The position numbers were made by a program, and so were the translations under genes. A model generated the notes under the pieces. The model saw only the letters and a list, made by a program, of their open reading frames with translations. It searched no databases and was not told the origin of the DNA. From positions 73,718,001-73,782,000 of the forward strand of contig NC_087444.1 of the NCBI RefSeq assembly GCF_036321535.1: 64,000 bases of DNA, written 5' to 3'. Positions 26,900 through 39,029 of this stretch are shown one piece after another (the stretch's first letter is position 1; each line of letters starts with the position of its first letter). Source of the DNA: Camelus dromedarius. Lineage: Eukaryota.

Positions 26900-27985
26900 C
26901 TACATGTGGAGTGGAGACAAGTCTGCATTAATGCCCACCCACTCAGGCAGGAAGGCAGCCTTAGGTTTAAAGATTTTCAGGAATTTGGAGTTAGGCAGGG
27001 TGAAGTTGGCCAGGTAGACAGTGTCTCCACCAGCCAGGTAGGCGGCCCAGAAGCCAAAGGTACCAATAGTCATGATGGTGTGGTTGCACTGCACGAGGAG
27101 AGCAAAGTCCTTACCAGGGGCATCCTCCTGCCCATTCCCAGCAAAGATCACATCCCCCTGGGAGGTGTCAATATTTTTCCGGCACCACCCCATGCCATTG
27201 CTGGTGACCACAAAGATAGGGGCTTCATGCCGGGCCCGGAACCAGTCCATAGCCTGCTGGAGGTAAGAGCGGTCTCCCACCACACCCTTCCAGCGGTGGG
27301 GCATCACCTCCAGATAGTCCCCCCGGCGCACGTGCACACCCACGAAGGTGCTCGGGCGCTTCCCGGTGCGTCGCAGTCGGAGTCGACTCAGTAAACGCTG
27401 GGCCTCTTGCCTGAGGTAGTCGTGCAGGGTGAACTCGCGGAGGATCTGTTCCCGGAGATGGTGGAAGAAGGTCCAGGAGCAGGGGAAGCCGGTGAGCTTC
27501 AGCCAAGGCTCCTCCAAGTGGGCGTACTCCTCCGACATCCAGTCGTGCAGCTCGAGCTCCCGCCACGGCGCGTGGCGGTCCACCTCGGGCGCCAGCACGG
27601 GCAGGGTGATGCGGAACATGGGGGCCAAGGCGGCGTGCATAGCGGGCTGGATGAAGGCCTGGCGGCCGTTGAGCTGGGCCAGGGCCAGCAGCGTGGCGTA
27701 CTGCCCCATCTGGTTCCCGAACCGACCATCTGGGTAGATAGTCCAGGTTCCTGAGGACGAGGCTGGATGCTTGGGACAGGAAATGGAGGCGTTGGGGTTT
27801 ATAGGCGTGCCCGACAGGCAGAAGATGGCCACAGGGGATGTCACCAGGTTATGGTCTGGACACAGGGCAGACAGGTCCAAGGCATCATGAAGGAGATCTT
27901 GGTGGATGTGGAAGAAGAGGATTGCAGCAGAAACACAGACCAGCAGGAAGGTCAGACAGAGGTGACGGCGGCTGGGGGCCCACAT
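26900..27985 (-). CDS. FUT1: Galactoside alpha-(1,2)-fucosyltransferase 1 (H blood group; GT11), 361 aa, single coding exon
   Basis: Intact ORF with a type II membrane anchor, [11 protein letters not shown] and the HVRRGDY motif. A splice acceptor (cag|ACATG) lies just upstream of the ATG at 27987. Synteny between IZUMO1 and FGF21. Confidence 0.97.
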   Translation of the reverse strand: MWAPSRRHLCLTFLLVCVSAAILFFHIHQDLLHDALDLSALCPDHNLVTSPVAIFCLSGTPINPNASISCPKHPASSSGTWTIYPDGRFGNQMGQYATLLALAQLNGRQAFIQPAMHAALAPMFRITLPVLAPEVDRHAPWRELELHDWMSEEYAHLEEPWLKLTGFPCSWTFFHHLREQILREFTLHDYLRQEAQRLLSRLRLRRTGKRPSTFVGVHVRRGDYLEVMPHRWKGVVGDRSYLQQAMDWFRARHEAPIFVVTSNGMGWCRKNIDTSQGDVIFAGNGQEDAPGKDFALLVQCNHTIMTIGTFGFWAAYLAGGDTVYLANFTLPNSKFLKIFKPKAAFLPEWVGINADLSPLHM

Positions 27986-28479
27986 GTCTGCAGGGGAGGA
28001 AAAGTGAATGAGTAGGTACTCAGAGCTTGAGGTTGGATATCAGGGAAGGGAGGCCTGGGGAAGGAGGAAATAATGGGTTTGGACTCCTGGGTCCAACGGA
28101 AAAGGGGATCAGGGCTCCTAGATCTGAGTTAGGAGATGCTGGGGCCTTGGAATTTCAAGGCATGGGAGATGGTGAAAATTTGTGGTTTCCAAAATAGCAA
28201 TTGTCCATGACCCACCACCTTGTCCTCACATCTTGAAATCTCAGTCTCCCAGGCTGTAAGGTGTAACTGAGGTTAGACAGTGTTCCCCCAGCTCCTTTCT
28301 CCATGTACCTGTGTGTGAGGGGGAAAGTCCATCACAGAGGTGACAGGAAGTGACAGGCCAAGTCCAACGTGAGAGGCTGGAGGCCCGGAGGAATTCTGAT
28401 TCATGAAGGAGCAGGAGTTGGGGATTGGGGGTGAGGGAGACTTCCGGGGTCGTAGGGGGTTAGAAGTTGAGAGTGAGCC

Positions 28480-29560
28480 TCTTAGGACTGAAGATCCAGC
28501 TCCTGAGTCCGAAGCATCCGCATTTCCCACGTACCTGAACTCCTGGCTGATGGCAGATCCACAGTCGCCTTGGCGTGGCTGGAGCGCTCCCTCTGCAAGT
28601 GCAGCCCACATCCGGCGGCCCCCGGAACACTGCACTCAAGGCTCCCTGGCCCAACAGCCCTCCCCCTCCACGCCGCCTCCCCAGACTGGCTGCGAGGGCT
28701 CGGGGAGGGGAGGTACGAGAGGGAGCGCGGTCCGGAGGTTCACAGCCTCCGCCCCTCCCGGGCCAAGCAGGTAGCTCGGAGGCGGAGCCCCGCCCCTTCC
28801 CTGGCTGCTAGCCTGACTCCCCGGGCTGGGGTGACAGCCCCCGCCCTCTGAACCCTCCCCGGACCGGGAGATCCGCGCTCCAGCCGCCTCATCCCCGCAA
28901 CTGGCCAGCCTGGGGCAGCCTACTTGGCCTCCCAGCAGCCGCATCCTTCCGTGGACGTGGAGATCTAGTGCCAGCTGCAATGCTGGACCCAGATATTCTG
29001 GTCCATCGACCTCTCCTCTTCCCCTCCAGTTCTGGGTTCGGCCATCCGCCCCGGGTACCTGGATGCGCCGAGTCTGGACACGCCCCGGTGACTGGGGAGG
29101 ACCCGGGCAACTGGTCGTGGCGAACAGCGCGATCCTCCGCTCCCTCCTCGGGGTGGGCCGGGGGCGAAGTGGGATGCAAAACCTGTTTTCCAGGCTGCTG
29201 CTCCAGCGGATGCAAAACCTCCTCCAGCTCTTAGGGTTTCGGCGCGAGAGCCTCCGGCGCGAAAGCGTCCCGGCGCCCACCAGGGGCCGCTGATTCCCCA
29301 TGCGTCCCGTCCACCCACAAATCAGAACGTCACGGCTCCCAGTCTCTCCTTTGGGGGATCTTGGGGTCTTACGCCTGATTGCTGCTTTCTAGAAGGGCAC
29401 GTCCCGGAGGCGGCTTCTCCGGAGGACGGGAGCCGAGAAAGCAAGAATGGAAGAGTTTCTCTTCCCCGCCTCCCGCAGGAACCGCAGCAGCTGCCGCCTG
29501 GAACAAAAGCGGCGCTCCTCTGCAGACCTGAAGCGCTTTCCCTTGTCGAAGGCCCCTCCC
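28480..29560. promoter_or_regulatory. CpG island between divergent FUT1 and FGF21 (FUT1 5' non-coding exons and promoter)
   Basis: High CpG density, GC boxes at ~28750-28845, minus-strand donor CAG|gtacgt at 28535. Confidence 0.6.
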
Positions 29561-29944
29561 CACCCGCCCCCACCCTGGCCAGAGCAGTCTGATCATTGCC
29601 ATTCAAGAAATCAGGTCCAGGAATTGGACTTGGCTCCCCAGAAGTTTGACCGTTATTTCCCCAGAACCAGGACTCCAGGTTGTGAAGTCCAAGCCCCAAC
29701 AGTCAACTTCTCATTCAGATCTGGTGTCCAATCTCTTGCACCCTTAGATTCTGGGAAATTGCCACTCCCCCCGCCACCCTGATTCCCTTTGAGATCTTGG
29801 GTCTAACTTCCCCCTCCAGAGCCTTGGTCAGTTGCCAACTCCGAGTCAAAGATTTTCACCCTCCTCTCCCCCTTCCCCTCCCCAGGCTATTTTAAGGACA
29901 ACTGTCTGAGCCTGGGTAGCTTCTCTGGTGAAAGAAACACCAGG

Positions 29945-30497
29945 ATTGCATCAGGAAGGAGGAGGCTGGGATGTTTGGTGTTTGGGTGCCCGGGCTGAGG
30001 TCGCTGAGGTTAAGGTTGGAGGCTTCTGGATCAGGACACCTGTGTCCTTACTGAGGACACTTTTGTCATGTGCTGCCTACTGACTTCCTGATGATCTAGG
30101 AACCTCAGTGTCTGAACCCCAGAAACCCAGACATTGAAGTGGGATGCAGAAATTCCAGTTGTGGGCCACAAGGTGCATCAGTCAGCCGGTGAGGCAGTTT
30201 TCCAGGCCTCCAGCCCCCTCCTCCCTCAGACCCAGGAATCTGAAACCCCAGCTCCCACCTCCCTCAGACCCAAGAGACTGGGCCACCAGCCCCTTTCATC
30301 CAGGTCACAGTTAATCAGATCCCTATCCCCCTGATTCCAAAGACTCAGGAGTCCAGGCCCCCAGCTAGAAGGACCCCCGATTGCATCATCCACTCAGGCT
30401 GACCTGGCCACGGTGGAATCCTAGCTTCTGCCAAGTGGGTCAGATATCATGCGTCAGGCGTCGGGAAGGTGATTGGGCAGGTCCATCTGGATATAAA
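29945..30497 (+). promoter_or_regulatory. FGF21 proximal promoter: two AARE/CARE elements, DR1/ChoRE-like composite, TATA box
   Basis: ATTGCATCA (= TGATGCAAT, ATF4-C/EBP consensus) at 29945-29953 and 30380-30388. GGGTCA-g-ATATCA DR1-like at 30437-30449 abuts CATGCG-tcagg-CGTCGG (30448-30464). TATAAA at 30492-30497. Confidence 0.75.
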
Positions 30498-30704
30498 TTC
30501 TGGAGCTTCTGCATCCATCCCAAGAGACTTGGGTGTCCCGTCAGCTGGGAATCCAGCTGGTGCAGGAGGACCCGGGCATCTGGACTACATGAGCAACCAT
30601 CCGTGGATCTGCTTCCCCAGATGACCAGGATCTTAAACAGAATCTAGACCATTCAGCTCTTCAAACCCTAGACCCCAGACCTCATCTGAAGACGTGAGCC
30701 ATTG

Positions 30705-31934
30705 ATGGACTGGGACGAGGCCAAGTTCAAGCATCTGGGACTGTGGGTCCCAGTGCTAACTGTCCTTCTGCTGGGAGCCTGCCAGGCACGCCCCATTCCT
30801 GACTCCAGCCCCCTCCTCCAATTCGGGGGCCAAGTCCGGCAGCGGTACCTCTACACGGATGACGCCCAGGAGACAGAAGCCCACCTGGAGATCAGGGCTG
30901 ACGGCACAGTGGTGGGGGTGGCCCGCCAGAGCCCTGAAAGTGAGTGTGTGGGTAGGGCCTGGCCCTGAGGGAGGGGCAACGTGGGGCCCAGACTCCTGGG
31001 TCGAAGGGAGAAGGGGGACTTTCTGAGTCCCTGACCACTTTCTTCCCTTAGGTCTCTTGGAGCTGAAAGCCCTGAAGCCAGGGGTAATTCAGATCTTGGG
31101 AGTCAAGACATCCAGGTTCCTGTGCCAGGGACCAGATGGGAGGCTGTATGGATCGGTGAGTTTCTGGGACCCCCATCCTTGCACCCCACCATCCCTCTTA
31201 ACATTCTCATAATCTGGGGACCACATCTTGCACCTTTGACCTTGGCTCCTACGTGCCCGGCTCATGCTGGATGCAGGGTCGCAGTAAAGTGAACATGACC
31301 TTGAGTGCTAGCCAGATGCCCCTGCCAGGACTTCGAGAGCCTTGACAGATCCCTGGGCTGGAATATTCCTCTCTGTGAAGTTGGGGCAGGGAGGTGGGAG
31401 TTGCAGGACTGCTTCTGTTGTTTTGTGTCCTGGGGGAGGGGGCTAAGGACCTGGATTCCACATCTGAGGAAGGAGGGGCTCCCCCAGCTCCCCAGGAGTC
31501 TGGGAACCCCTGCATCCAGTTAGAGTACAGGACTCAGTGGTCTGAAAGGAGAGAGAGCTGGGGGCCTGGACTCCTGGGTCCTGCAGCAGGAAGATGTACA
31601 GGAGTCAGTCCCATGTCTCTGACCTGTGTTCTCCTCGCTTCAGCTCCGCTTCAATCCAGAGGCCTGCAGCTTCCAGGAGTTGCTTCTTGAGGATGGATAC
31701 AACGTTTATCAGTCTGAGGCTTTTGGCTTCCCACTCCGCCTGCCCCCCAGCAGCTCCTCGAATCGGGATCCAGCTACCCGGGGACCTTCCCGCTTCCTGC
31801 CGCTGCCAGGCCTGCCCCCGGCACCTCCAGAGCCTCCAGGGATCTTGGCCCCCGAGCCTCCTGACGTGGGCTCCTCTGACCCCCTGAGCATGGTGGGGCC
31901 TTCATACAGCAGAAGCCCCAGCTACACTTCCTGA
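30705..31934 (+). CDS. FGF21: Fibroblast growth factor 21 (209 aa, 3 exons)
   Basis: Exons 30705-30939, 31052-31155, 31644-31934 (630 nt, GT-AG). MDWDEAKFKHLGLWV signal peptide, PIPDSSPLLQFGGQVRQRYLYTDD, C-terminus DPLSMVGPSYSRSPSYTS*. Confidence 0.98.
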
Positions 31935-32019
31935 AGCTGCCGGCTGTTTATTATCACATCTCCTCTTTATTTATTGAGTTATTTATCTTATTTATTTTTT
32001 TATTTTTCTTACTTGGGAT

Positions 32020-32025
32020 AATAAA
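32020..32025 (+). terminator. Poly(A) signal of FGF21
   Basis: AATAAA ~85 nt after the stop, preceded by an AU-rich (TATTTA-type) tract at 31965-32010. Confidence 0.8.
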
Positions 32026-33479
32026 GAGTCTGAGAGGAGGATCAGAGTGAGCACGTGTGTTTGAAAGAGGAAATGGGTTTGCTTCCTTGTCTTCCTTGGT
32101 ACCCCATTGCCAGGGAGGATCCCAGCCGCTCCCCAGCCCTTTTCTGCTCCACAAAGGCATCCCCAAGGACTCTGGACTATCCCTGCCCTTTGACAGGACA
32201 GGACTTGTAATTCTCCCATCCCTCCCTCTTCCCCTGCTCCCAGCCTCATGGTAGTGTTGCAGGAAATATTTCCTTGAGGTACCTCAATAAAAGGGGACAT
32301 TTTTTAAAGTGACACAGGACATCCACAGCCTCATGGGATATGTAGTTTTCTGGGTTCATTTAGCACTAGGAATGAGAAGACATCTTGGAACTCAAGATTG
32401 GGCAAGGACCCTTGGGTTCCAGGGGTGTAATTTATGCTAGGAAGGCACTCTCGGGTCCTGAGAGATCAGAGAGCTGGACATTAGGACATCTGGATTTCAG
32501 GAGAACAGGGGAATTGGAACTGCACACCCTGGTCCAAGAGAAGAAGAACCAGAGATTGGGAGTCCTGAGTCTCAAGAAGAGGACTTGAGTATCTGAGTGC
32601 TTCCATCCAGGTGCTTATGGACGTTGGAGTGTAATGACTGTTTCACAGAGTCCAATCCCAGTGAGCACTCTCCCTCCCTTCCCACCACCTAGATTTCCAT
32701 ACTGCTCTTCAAGTTACTTCCTGGGTAGGAAGGACATGAAGACAAAGATTTAGACTATACTTTGCAAAGGATCGTGGGTCAGCCTTGGCTGCATCCCCGG
32801 TGTCTGACTGACTACAGCAGCCTCATAGGAGCTGTGGTCTCAAGCCCTAATAAATTCCAAGGTCCAAGGGAGAGGAAAACCTCAGACAAAAGAAATATAA
32901 GTGTGGGTCCCAGAAGGTCATGGGAGGGATTCAATATCTGGAGGCAATGAAAGTCTGTGTCTTGTAGAAAGGATGGTTTCTACTCCGATGGTACCAGACT
33001 GGTTCAGACAAGGGAGAGTTCTCACCGGCAACATAATCTGAAATGCCTCAAGGGGGCAGAGACCCAGATAAATGGGAGGACAGAAACCTAGGAGGAGAGA
33101 GAAGGACAAAGATGGTTAGTGTCCCCTTGTCCAAAGAGCATCCCCTGAGGTTGCTGCCAGGTACAGGACTGCTGATCTTCCTCAAGATCTGCTCCAGCAT
33201 CTCTGTTTCTAGACTCAACTCCTGGCAGGTTCCACTGGGTGAGGTACAAAATGTGATCAGCAAGGAGCTATGATGTGCACCAAAAGAACTGTAAGATTTT
33301 GCCCTTAAAATTGATAGCAACCTGGGCAGCCAGTCTGGGAAGGGATCCTGGTAGATGAATTTACTGGCAGTGATTCCAGATTCCAGTGTCAGTTCTAGGG
33401 GTTGGGGGTGGCCCTCACTGGCTCTTTGGCTGATGGAGACCTGCACCCCAAGTGGTCTACACTTGAGATGCTTTAGGGT

Positions 33480-33547
33480 AACTGTTCTCAAAGGCTGGTC
33501 CTGGACTGGCAGCATCAGCATCAGCTGGGAACTTGCTAGAAATGCGT
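33480..33547 (+). mobile_element. MER5A-like hAT-Charlie fragment
   Basis: ctgttctcaaaggctggtcctggactggcagcatcagcatcagctgggaacttgctagaaatgc. Confidence 0.65.
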
Positions 33548-33553
33548 GTTCTC

Positions 33554-33870
33554 TATTTACAATAGCCAAGACATAGAAAGAACCCAAATGTCCATCAACA
33601 GATGACAGGATGAAAAAGCTGTGGTATACATATGCAATGGAATACTACTGAGCCATAAAAAAGAATAAAATAATGCCATTTGCAGCAACATGGATGGACC
33701 TGGAGATCATCATTCTAAGTGAAGCAAGCCAGAAAGAGAAAGAAAAATGCCATATGATATCGCTTATATGAAGAATCTTTTTTAAAAAAAAAGGATACAA
33801 ATGAACTTATCCACAAAACAGACTCACAGACATAGAGAACAGACAGATTCACAGACATAGAGAACAAACT
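33554..33870 (+). mobile_element. L1 ORF2 C-terminus / 3' UTR fragment
   Basis: Degenerate LFTIAKT..PKCPSTD..KKLWYIYAMEYY.AIKKN.IMPFAATWMDLEIIILSE translation. Confidence 0.85.
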
Positions 33871-34237
33871 TCTCACCCCAAGGGGTGTGTACATCTATCA
33901 AAAGTCATCAAATTGAACATTTGAAACATGTGTAGTTTACTGTACAGGAATCATACCACAATAAAGATGTTTTTAAAAAAAAAAGAAATGCATGTTGTAG
34001 AGTCCAGATATAATGAATTTAAAATTCTGGGGAAAAGGCTAATTCATAGGGACAGAAACCAGATTAGTGGTTGCCACCAACTGGTGGGAGGATGGAATGG
34101 GGAGCGTTNNNNNNNNNNNNNNNNNNNNNNNNNNNNNNNNNNNNNNNNNNNNNNNNNNNNNNNNNNNNNNNNNNNNNNNNNNNNNNNNNNNNNNNNNNNN
34201 NNNNNNNNNNNNNNNNNNNNNNNNNNNNNNNNNNNNN

Positions 34238-34510
34238 AGGCCCTAGGGAAGGATCTGCCTTGTTTCTTCCCAGTTTCTGGCAGTTGCTGGCAAACCTTGG
34301 CATCCCTTGGCTTGTAGGTGCACATCTCTTATCTCTGCCTCCATCTTCGCAGAGGCTTCTCCCCCAGTGTCTGTTTCCAGCCATATGGGATTTGAGGGTC
34401 CACTTTAACCCACTATGACCGCATCTTGACTTGATTACATCTGCAAAGCCCTTATTTCCTAGTAAGGCCACATTCACAGATTCCAGAGGGACTCACATTT
34501 CCAGGGGCTG
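34238..34510. mobile_element. MaLR LTR (MLT1-type), truncated by gap
   Basis: cccagtttctggcagttgctggcaaaccttggcatcccttggcttgtag...gattacatctgcaaagcccttatttcc. Confidence 0.65.
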
Positions 34511-35024
34511 CTGTTTGACTCAGGACACATCTCTACGTGCAGTTCCCGTACTCCTCTTCTCTTGTTCACAAGTACATTTAGGAATTTTCTTGGTAGGAAG
34601 TGCAGTGAGGCACGATCTCTTTCCTAGCCTCCCCATTCTCAGAGTTCATTCTTTGCTGTTTCCATACAGTGTGAAAACATATAACCTCTCAGCATAGCCA
34701 CCTCTGCAATATTTCAGAGGAAGACCTGCCTCCTCTGTTTCCTCCCCCACCAGGACTTGAACCATCTCTCTCCTTTGCCCCTGGAATTCCTGCCAAATTC
34801 ATTCTGGGTTTTGCTTTCATTAGTTTTCATGAGAAAGGATCTTTGTCCAACCACTAAAAAGAAAAGATCATCATGTAATGTGATAGAGGTAATTATCACC
34901 ACAATGCAATCCTATTACAAGATACGTGTATGAAATTAACGTGTTGTAGCCCTTACATTTACACAACGTTATCTGTCAAATGTATTTATTTTTTTGACAA
35001 AAAACTTTTATTCTACTATACTGC

Positions 35025-35345
35025 ATTTTTTTCACTTTTTATTGAAGTATTGTTGATTTACAGTGTTCCAGCTGCACAGCAAAGTGATTCAGTTATACAT
35101 ATATGTATATTTATTCTTTTTCAGGTTCTTTTCCATTATAGGTATTACAAGATACTGAGTACAGTTTCCTGCACTATACAGGTCCTTGTTGTTGAATTAC
35201 AGTTGATACACCATATTATATATATTATATAAGTTTCAGGTATATAATATAGTGATTCACAATTTTTAAAGGTTATATACCATCTATAGTTACTATAAAA
35301 ATCTGTTCTATTTCCCTTGTTGTATTATATACCCTTGAGGCTTAT
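35025..35345 (-). mobile_element. L1 3' end fragments
   Basis: Reverse complement of the L1 3' UTR family seen at 15689. Confidence 0.65.
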
Positions 35346-35829
35346 TTTATACCTAGTATTTTGCACCTCTGAGTCTCAAATATATTTCAGTAACATATTT
35401 TTTTTTAAATATGGAGTTTTGTTCTTCCAAAAGAGAGATTCTGTTGAGTAATTCTGAGATCTCTGAGGACCGGGACCACTACCGCATCTTCCAAATTTCC
35501 CATAGCCTCCTATACCCACCTACTAATTAGAGGCTGTGAAACTTCACACACACACAAAGATTTGACTGCTGCTGGTGTCACATTCTCTCACCAAGTCCCC
35601 AGCCGTGAGGACGGGTGGGAAATTTCCAACTTTCAAAGCACTTTTGCTAGTTTCCTTCTCTTCCTGCACTGGTATTGGTTCGGCCCTGCTCATTCTGATA
35701 TGTCAGGGTTTGCGGGGCTCCCTTGTCAGCCGGTTTTGCAGAAGGTGTTGTTTGTGAGCTTTTCCTACTTGCTTTATCTCGGTTTGTTTGGGGAGCTGGG
35801 GAGTGGAATTTGAGAAGACTGAGAGACGG

Positions 35830-36500
35830 TGCTGCCTAACCTGAATCTAATCACGAGGAAACGTCAAACAAATTCCAATCGAGGGACAGTCTGCAAAACA
35901 ACTGGCCTCGACTCTTTGAAAATGTCAAGGTCAAAAGAAAGATGCAAGAACTGTTTATACTCACAGGAGACCAGAGGTCCGCGGCACCAGTAAATGCACT
36001 TCGTTGAGCAATCCAGGCGATACCGTGGACTTTAGCAAGACGCTTGATGAAATTTGAATGAGTTCTGTACGTCAGATAGCAGCATTTTGTCTGTGTTAAA
36101 TTTTCTGGTTTTGATCATTGTACTGTGGTTATTAAAAAGAATGTCCTTAGCGGGGCGGGTATAGCTCAGTGGTAGAGCATGTGCCTTGCGCTTAGCATGC
36201 ACGAGGTCATGAGTTTGATCCCAAGTATTTCCATTAAATAAATAAATTAACCTAGTTACCTCCCCCACCCCTCCAAAAAAAAAAAAAAAAAAAAAGAATG
36301 TCCTTGTTCTTAGCAAATACACAATGAAGTATTTAGGGACAAAGGGGCATGGAGTCTCCAATGTTTTCTCAAATGTTTCTGGAAAGGTAAACACATAGTA
36401 ATATGAAGACAGAGAGAGTGAATGAGAAAGCAAAGGGGGCGGGAATAATGAAAACTAGGAAGTCTAGGTAAAGGATACGAAGTTTTTTGTCCAAGTCTTT
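35830..36500 (+). mobile_element. Old L1 (L1MC/ME-type) 3' fragment interrupted by a SINE
   Basis: ctgaatctaatcacgaggaaac...gaaaatgtcaaggtc...gatcattgtactgtggtta signature. Confidence 0.6.
36149..36290 (+). mobile_element. Camelid tRNA-Ala-derived SINE with 15-bp TSD
   Basis: Flanked by AAAAAGAATGTCCTT at 36134-36148 and 36291-36305. Confidence 0.9.
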
Positions 36501-37158
36501 TTTTTAAATTGAGGTATAGTTGATATATGATATTAAATAAGTTTCAGGTTACATAGTGATTCACAATTTTGAAAGGATATATTCCATTTGGAGTTATGAA
36601 ATATTGGCTGTCTTCCCTGTGTTGTACAATGAATCCTTGTAGCTCTATTTATTTCATATATAGTCGTTTGTACCTCTAACTCCCCTACCCCATCTTGCTC
36701 TTTGTGTGAGTCTTGAAACTTTCTATAAGTTCAAAATTGTCTCAGGTAAAGGTTACTCCTACCCCTCAAAAAATCCATGCTACAGCACCTACTGCTCTCA
36801 TGCCTCTTTCCAAACGTCCTTCTAAATGCATTGATGAGCTTCTAAGAAAAAAGAGAAATCTCCCATCCTCTCCCTTACTCTATCCCTAAAAGAAAGAAAA
36901 AGAGAGAGAGAGAGAGAAAAGGATAGATACGATAGGATTCCACTGACAAGGGGTACCTTCAATAGGCAAATTCGTAGAAACAGGAAGTAGGATGGTGGTG
37001 GCCAGGGGAAGGGGTGGGGGATGGGAAGTTGTTGTTTAATGGGTACAGAGTCCCAGAGCGAGGTGATGAAAAAGTTCTGGGGATGGACGGTGGGGATGGT
37101 TGCATAACGATGTGAATGCACTTAATGCCACTGAACTGAACACTTATAAGTAGCCAGA

Positions 37159-37290
37159 ACAGGGAAGAGGGTATCGCTCAGTGGTAGAGTGAATTCCTAG
37201 CATGCATGAGGTCCTGGGTTCGATCCCCAGTACCTCCATTAATAAATGAACACAATTATCTTCCCCCACTCAAGAAAAGATTTTTAAAAA
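37159..37290 (+). mobile_element. Camelid tRNA-Ala-derived SINE
   Basis: tRNA-like head plus tail. Confidence 0.8.
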
Positions 37291-37443
37291 AATTTTAAGT
37301 AGTTAAAATGGTCAATTTTATGTTTTCTTGCCCTGCCCTGCCTCACAATAACTTGAGGTGTAGAACTGTCAGAGGAAAATGATTGTTCAAGATCTCTTTT
37401 AAAAAATTATCAAATACACACAACATAAAACTTGCTATCTGAG

Positions 37444-37626
37444 GCCACCTCTCTCTCTCTCTTTGGAGACGGCCCGCACTCTGTCTATGGAGTGTGTATC
37501 TACTTTTAATCTGAGCACCCAACCCCCACACCTCGTGGCCTTTCTCTTGCCTTTCAAAGTATCTCTCTGAATAAATCTACCATTACTCAGAAAAACAAAC
37601 AACAACAACAACAACAACAAAAAAAA
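37444..37626 (+). mobile_element. Polyadenylated ERV-LTR-like fragment flanked by TSD
   Basis: AATAAA at ~37570, (AAC)n/A tail at 37591-37626, duplicated aaa(a/c)cttgc(t/c)atctgag on both sides. Confidence 0.55.
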
Positions 37627-38028
37627 CCTTGCCATCTGAGCCATTTTCAAGTGTACAGTTCAGTAATAGAGTATATTCACATTATGGTGCGAACAATCCC
37701 TACAACTTTTTCGTCTTGCAAAACAAGATGTACATATCAAACAGCAAATCCCCATTCCCTCCTCCTCCTAGCCCCTGCCCACTACTATTCTACTTCCTTT
37801 TTCTATGANNNNNNNNNNNNNNNNNNNNNNNNNNNNNNNNNNNNNNNNNNNNNNNNNNNNNNNNNNNNNNNNNNNNNNNNNNNNNNNNNNNNNNNNNNNN
37901 NNNNNNNNNNNNNNNNNNNNNNNNNNNNNNNNNNNNNNNNNNNNNNNNNNNNNNNNNNNNNNNNNNNNNNNNNNNNNNNNNNNNNNNNNNNNNNNNNNNN
38001 NNNNNNNNNNNNNNNNNNNNNNNNNNNN

Positions 38029-38152
38029 TTTTGTTTGTTTTGGGGGGAGGTAATTAGTGATTGATTGATTTTTAGAGGAGGTACTGAGGATTGAACCCAA
38101 GACCTCATGCATGCTAAGCACACACTCTACCGCTATGCTATACCCTCCCCCC
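38029..38152 (-). mobile_element. Camelid tRNA-Ala-derived SINE
   Basis: Reverse-strand head and tail next to a gap. Confidence 0.8.
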
Positions 38153-39029
38153 ACCCATGATGAGATCTTTCAGTGTCAGAAGAACTTTTGCATCTGGGCA
38201 CAAATATTCACAACTATTTGGTTTTTTGGTAATGATTAATTACTTTTCAAACAATCAACTTTCCTCTAAACATTCACTGACTACTTCGACCGCTAAAAAT
38301 AGCAAGCCATGAGTTTCATAATAGTAGATTTCCCAAAACATTTGAACATTGTTTACAAATTTAATCAACAAACTTACAAATCTGGGATCTCAGATTCCCT
38401 TAAACGAGTTAGGGACCTTGAAGAGAAGGGGGGAAAAAAGTGATACAATTTTTATTATATTTTTCACAAGTCCAACATACAGATTCTTGCAAATGCATTA
38501 AATAACTTCAAGGACAGACTAATAGGACAGTAATTATCACGTTGATCAGTTTCCTTACATTAAACTGGTTACAAAAGGGCCAGCATCATGGATATAAATG
38601 GACTTCTTCAATGCCTCTATTCTGATCAAAGATTTTGGTTCAACAAGCTTGATACCTCCTCTTACCTGTGATTTTTCTTAGCAGAAAAGAGTTAGGCTTT
38701 GTTCATTTACCAGCTGAGTTAACAGTTTGACAGGTTGATGGTTGAAGATTCAGGTCTGGGGTTCCTTCCAAGTTGATTCTCACCAAGCTTGAGTTTTCCA
38801 GGACAATTAGATTTTGTTGTGACCACGTGACCACATGAGTTAGGAAACTGACTTGGGTGATCCTGATTTATTTCCCACAGCTGTTTGTTCAGAGTATCAT
38901 ATCTTTGTAGTACAGCTTGAAGAACAGTTTCTAGGAGTCATGTCATTTTAAAAGGCTGAGAGGTGAGATTATTTAGCAGCTGTTTGTTTGGAGCCTTCCC
39001 CGTTAAATGTGTGCAGTGTTTCCTCTTTA

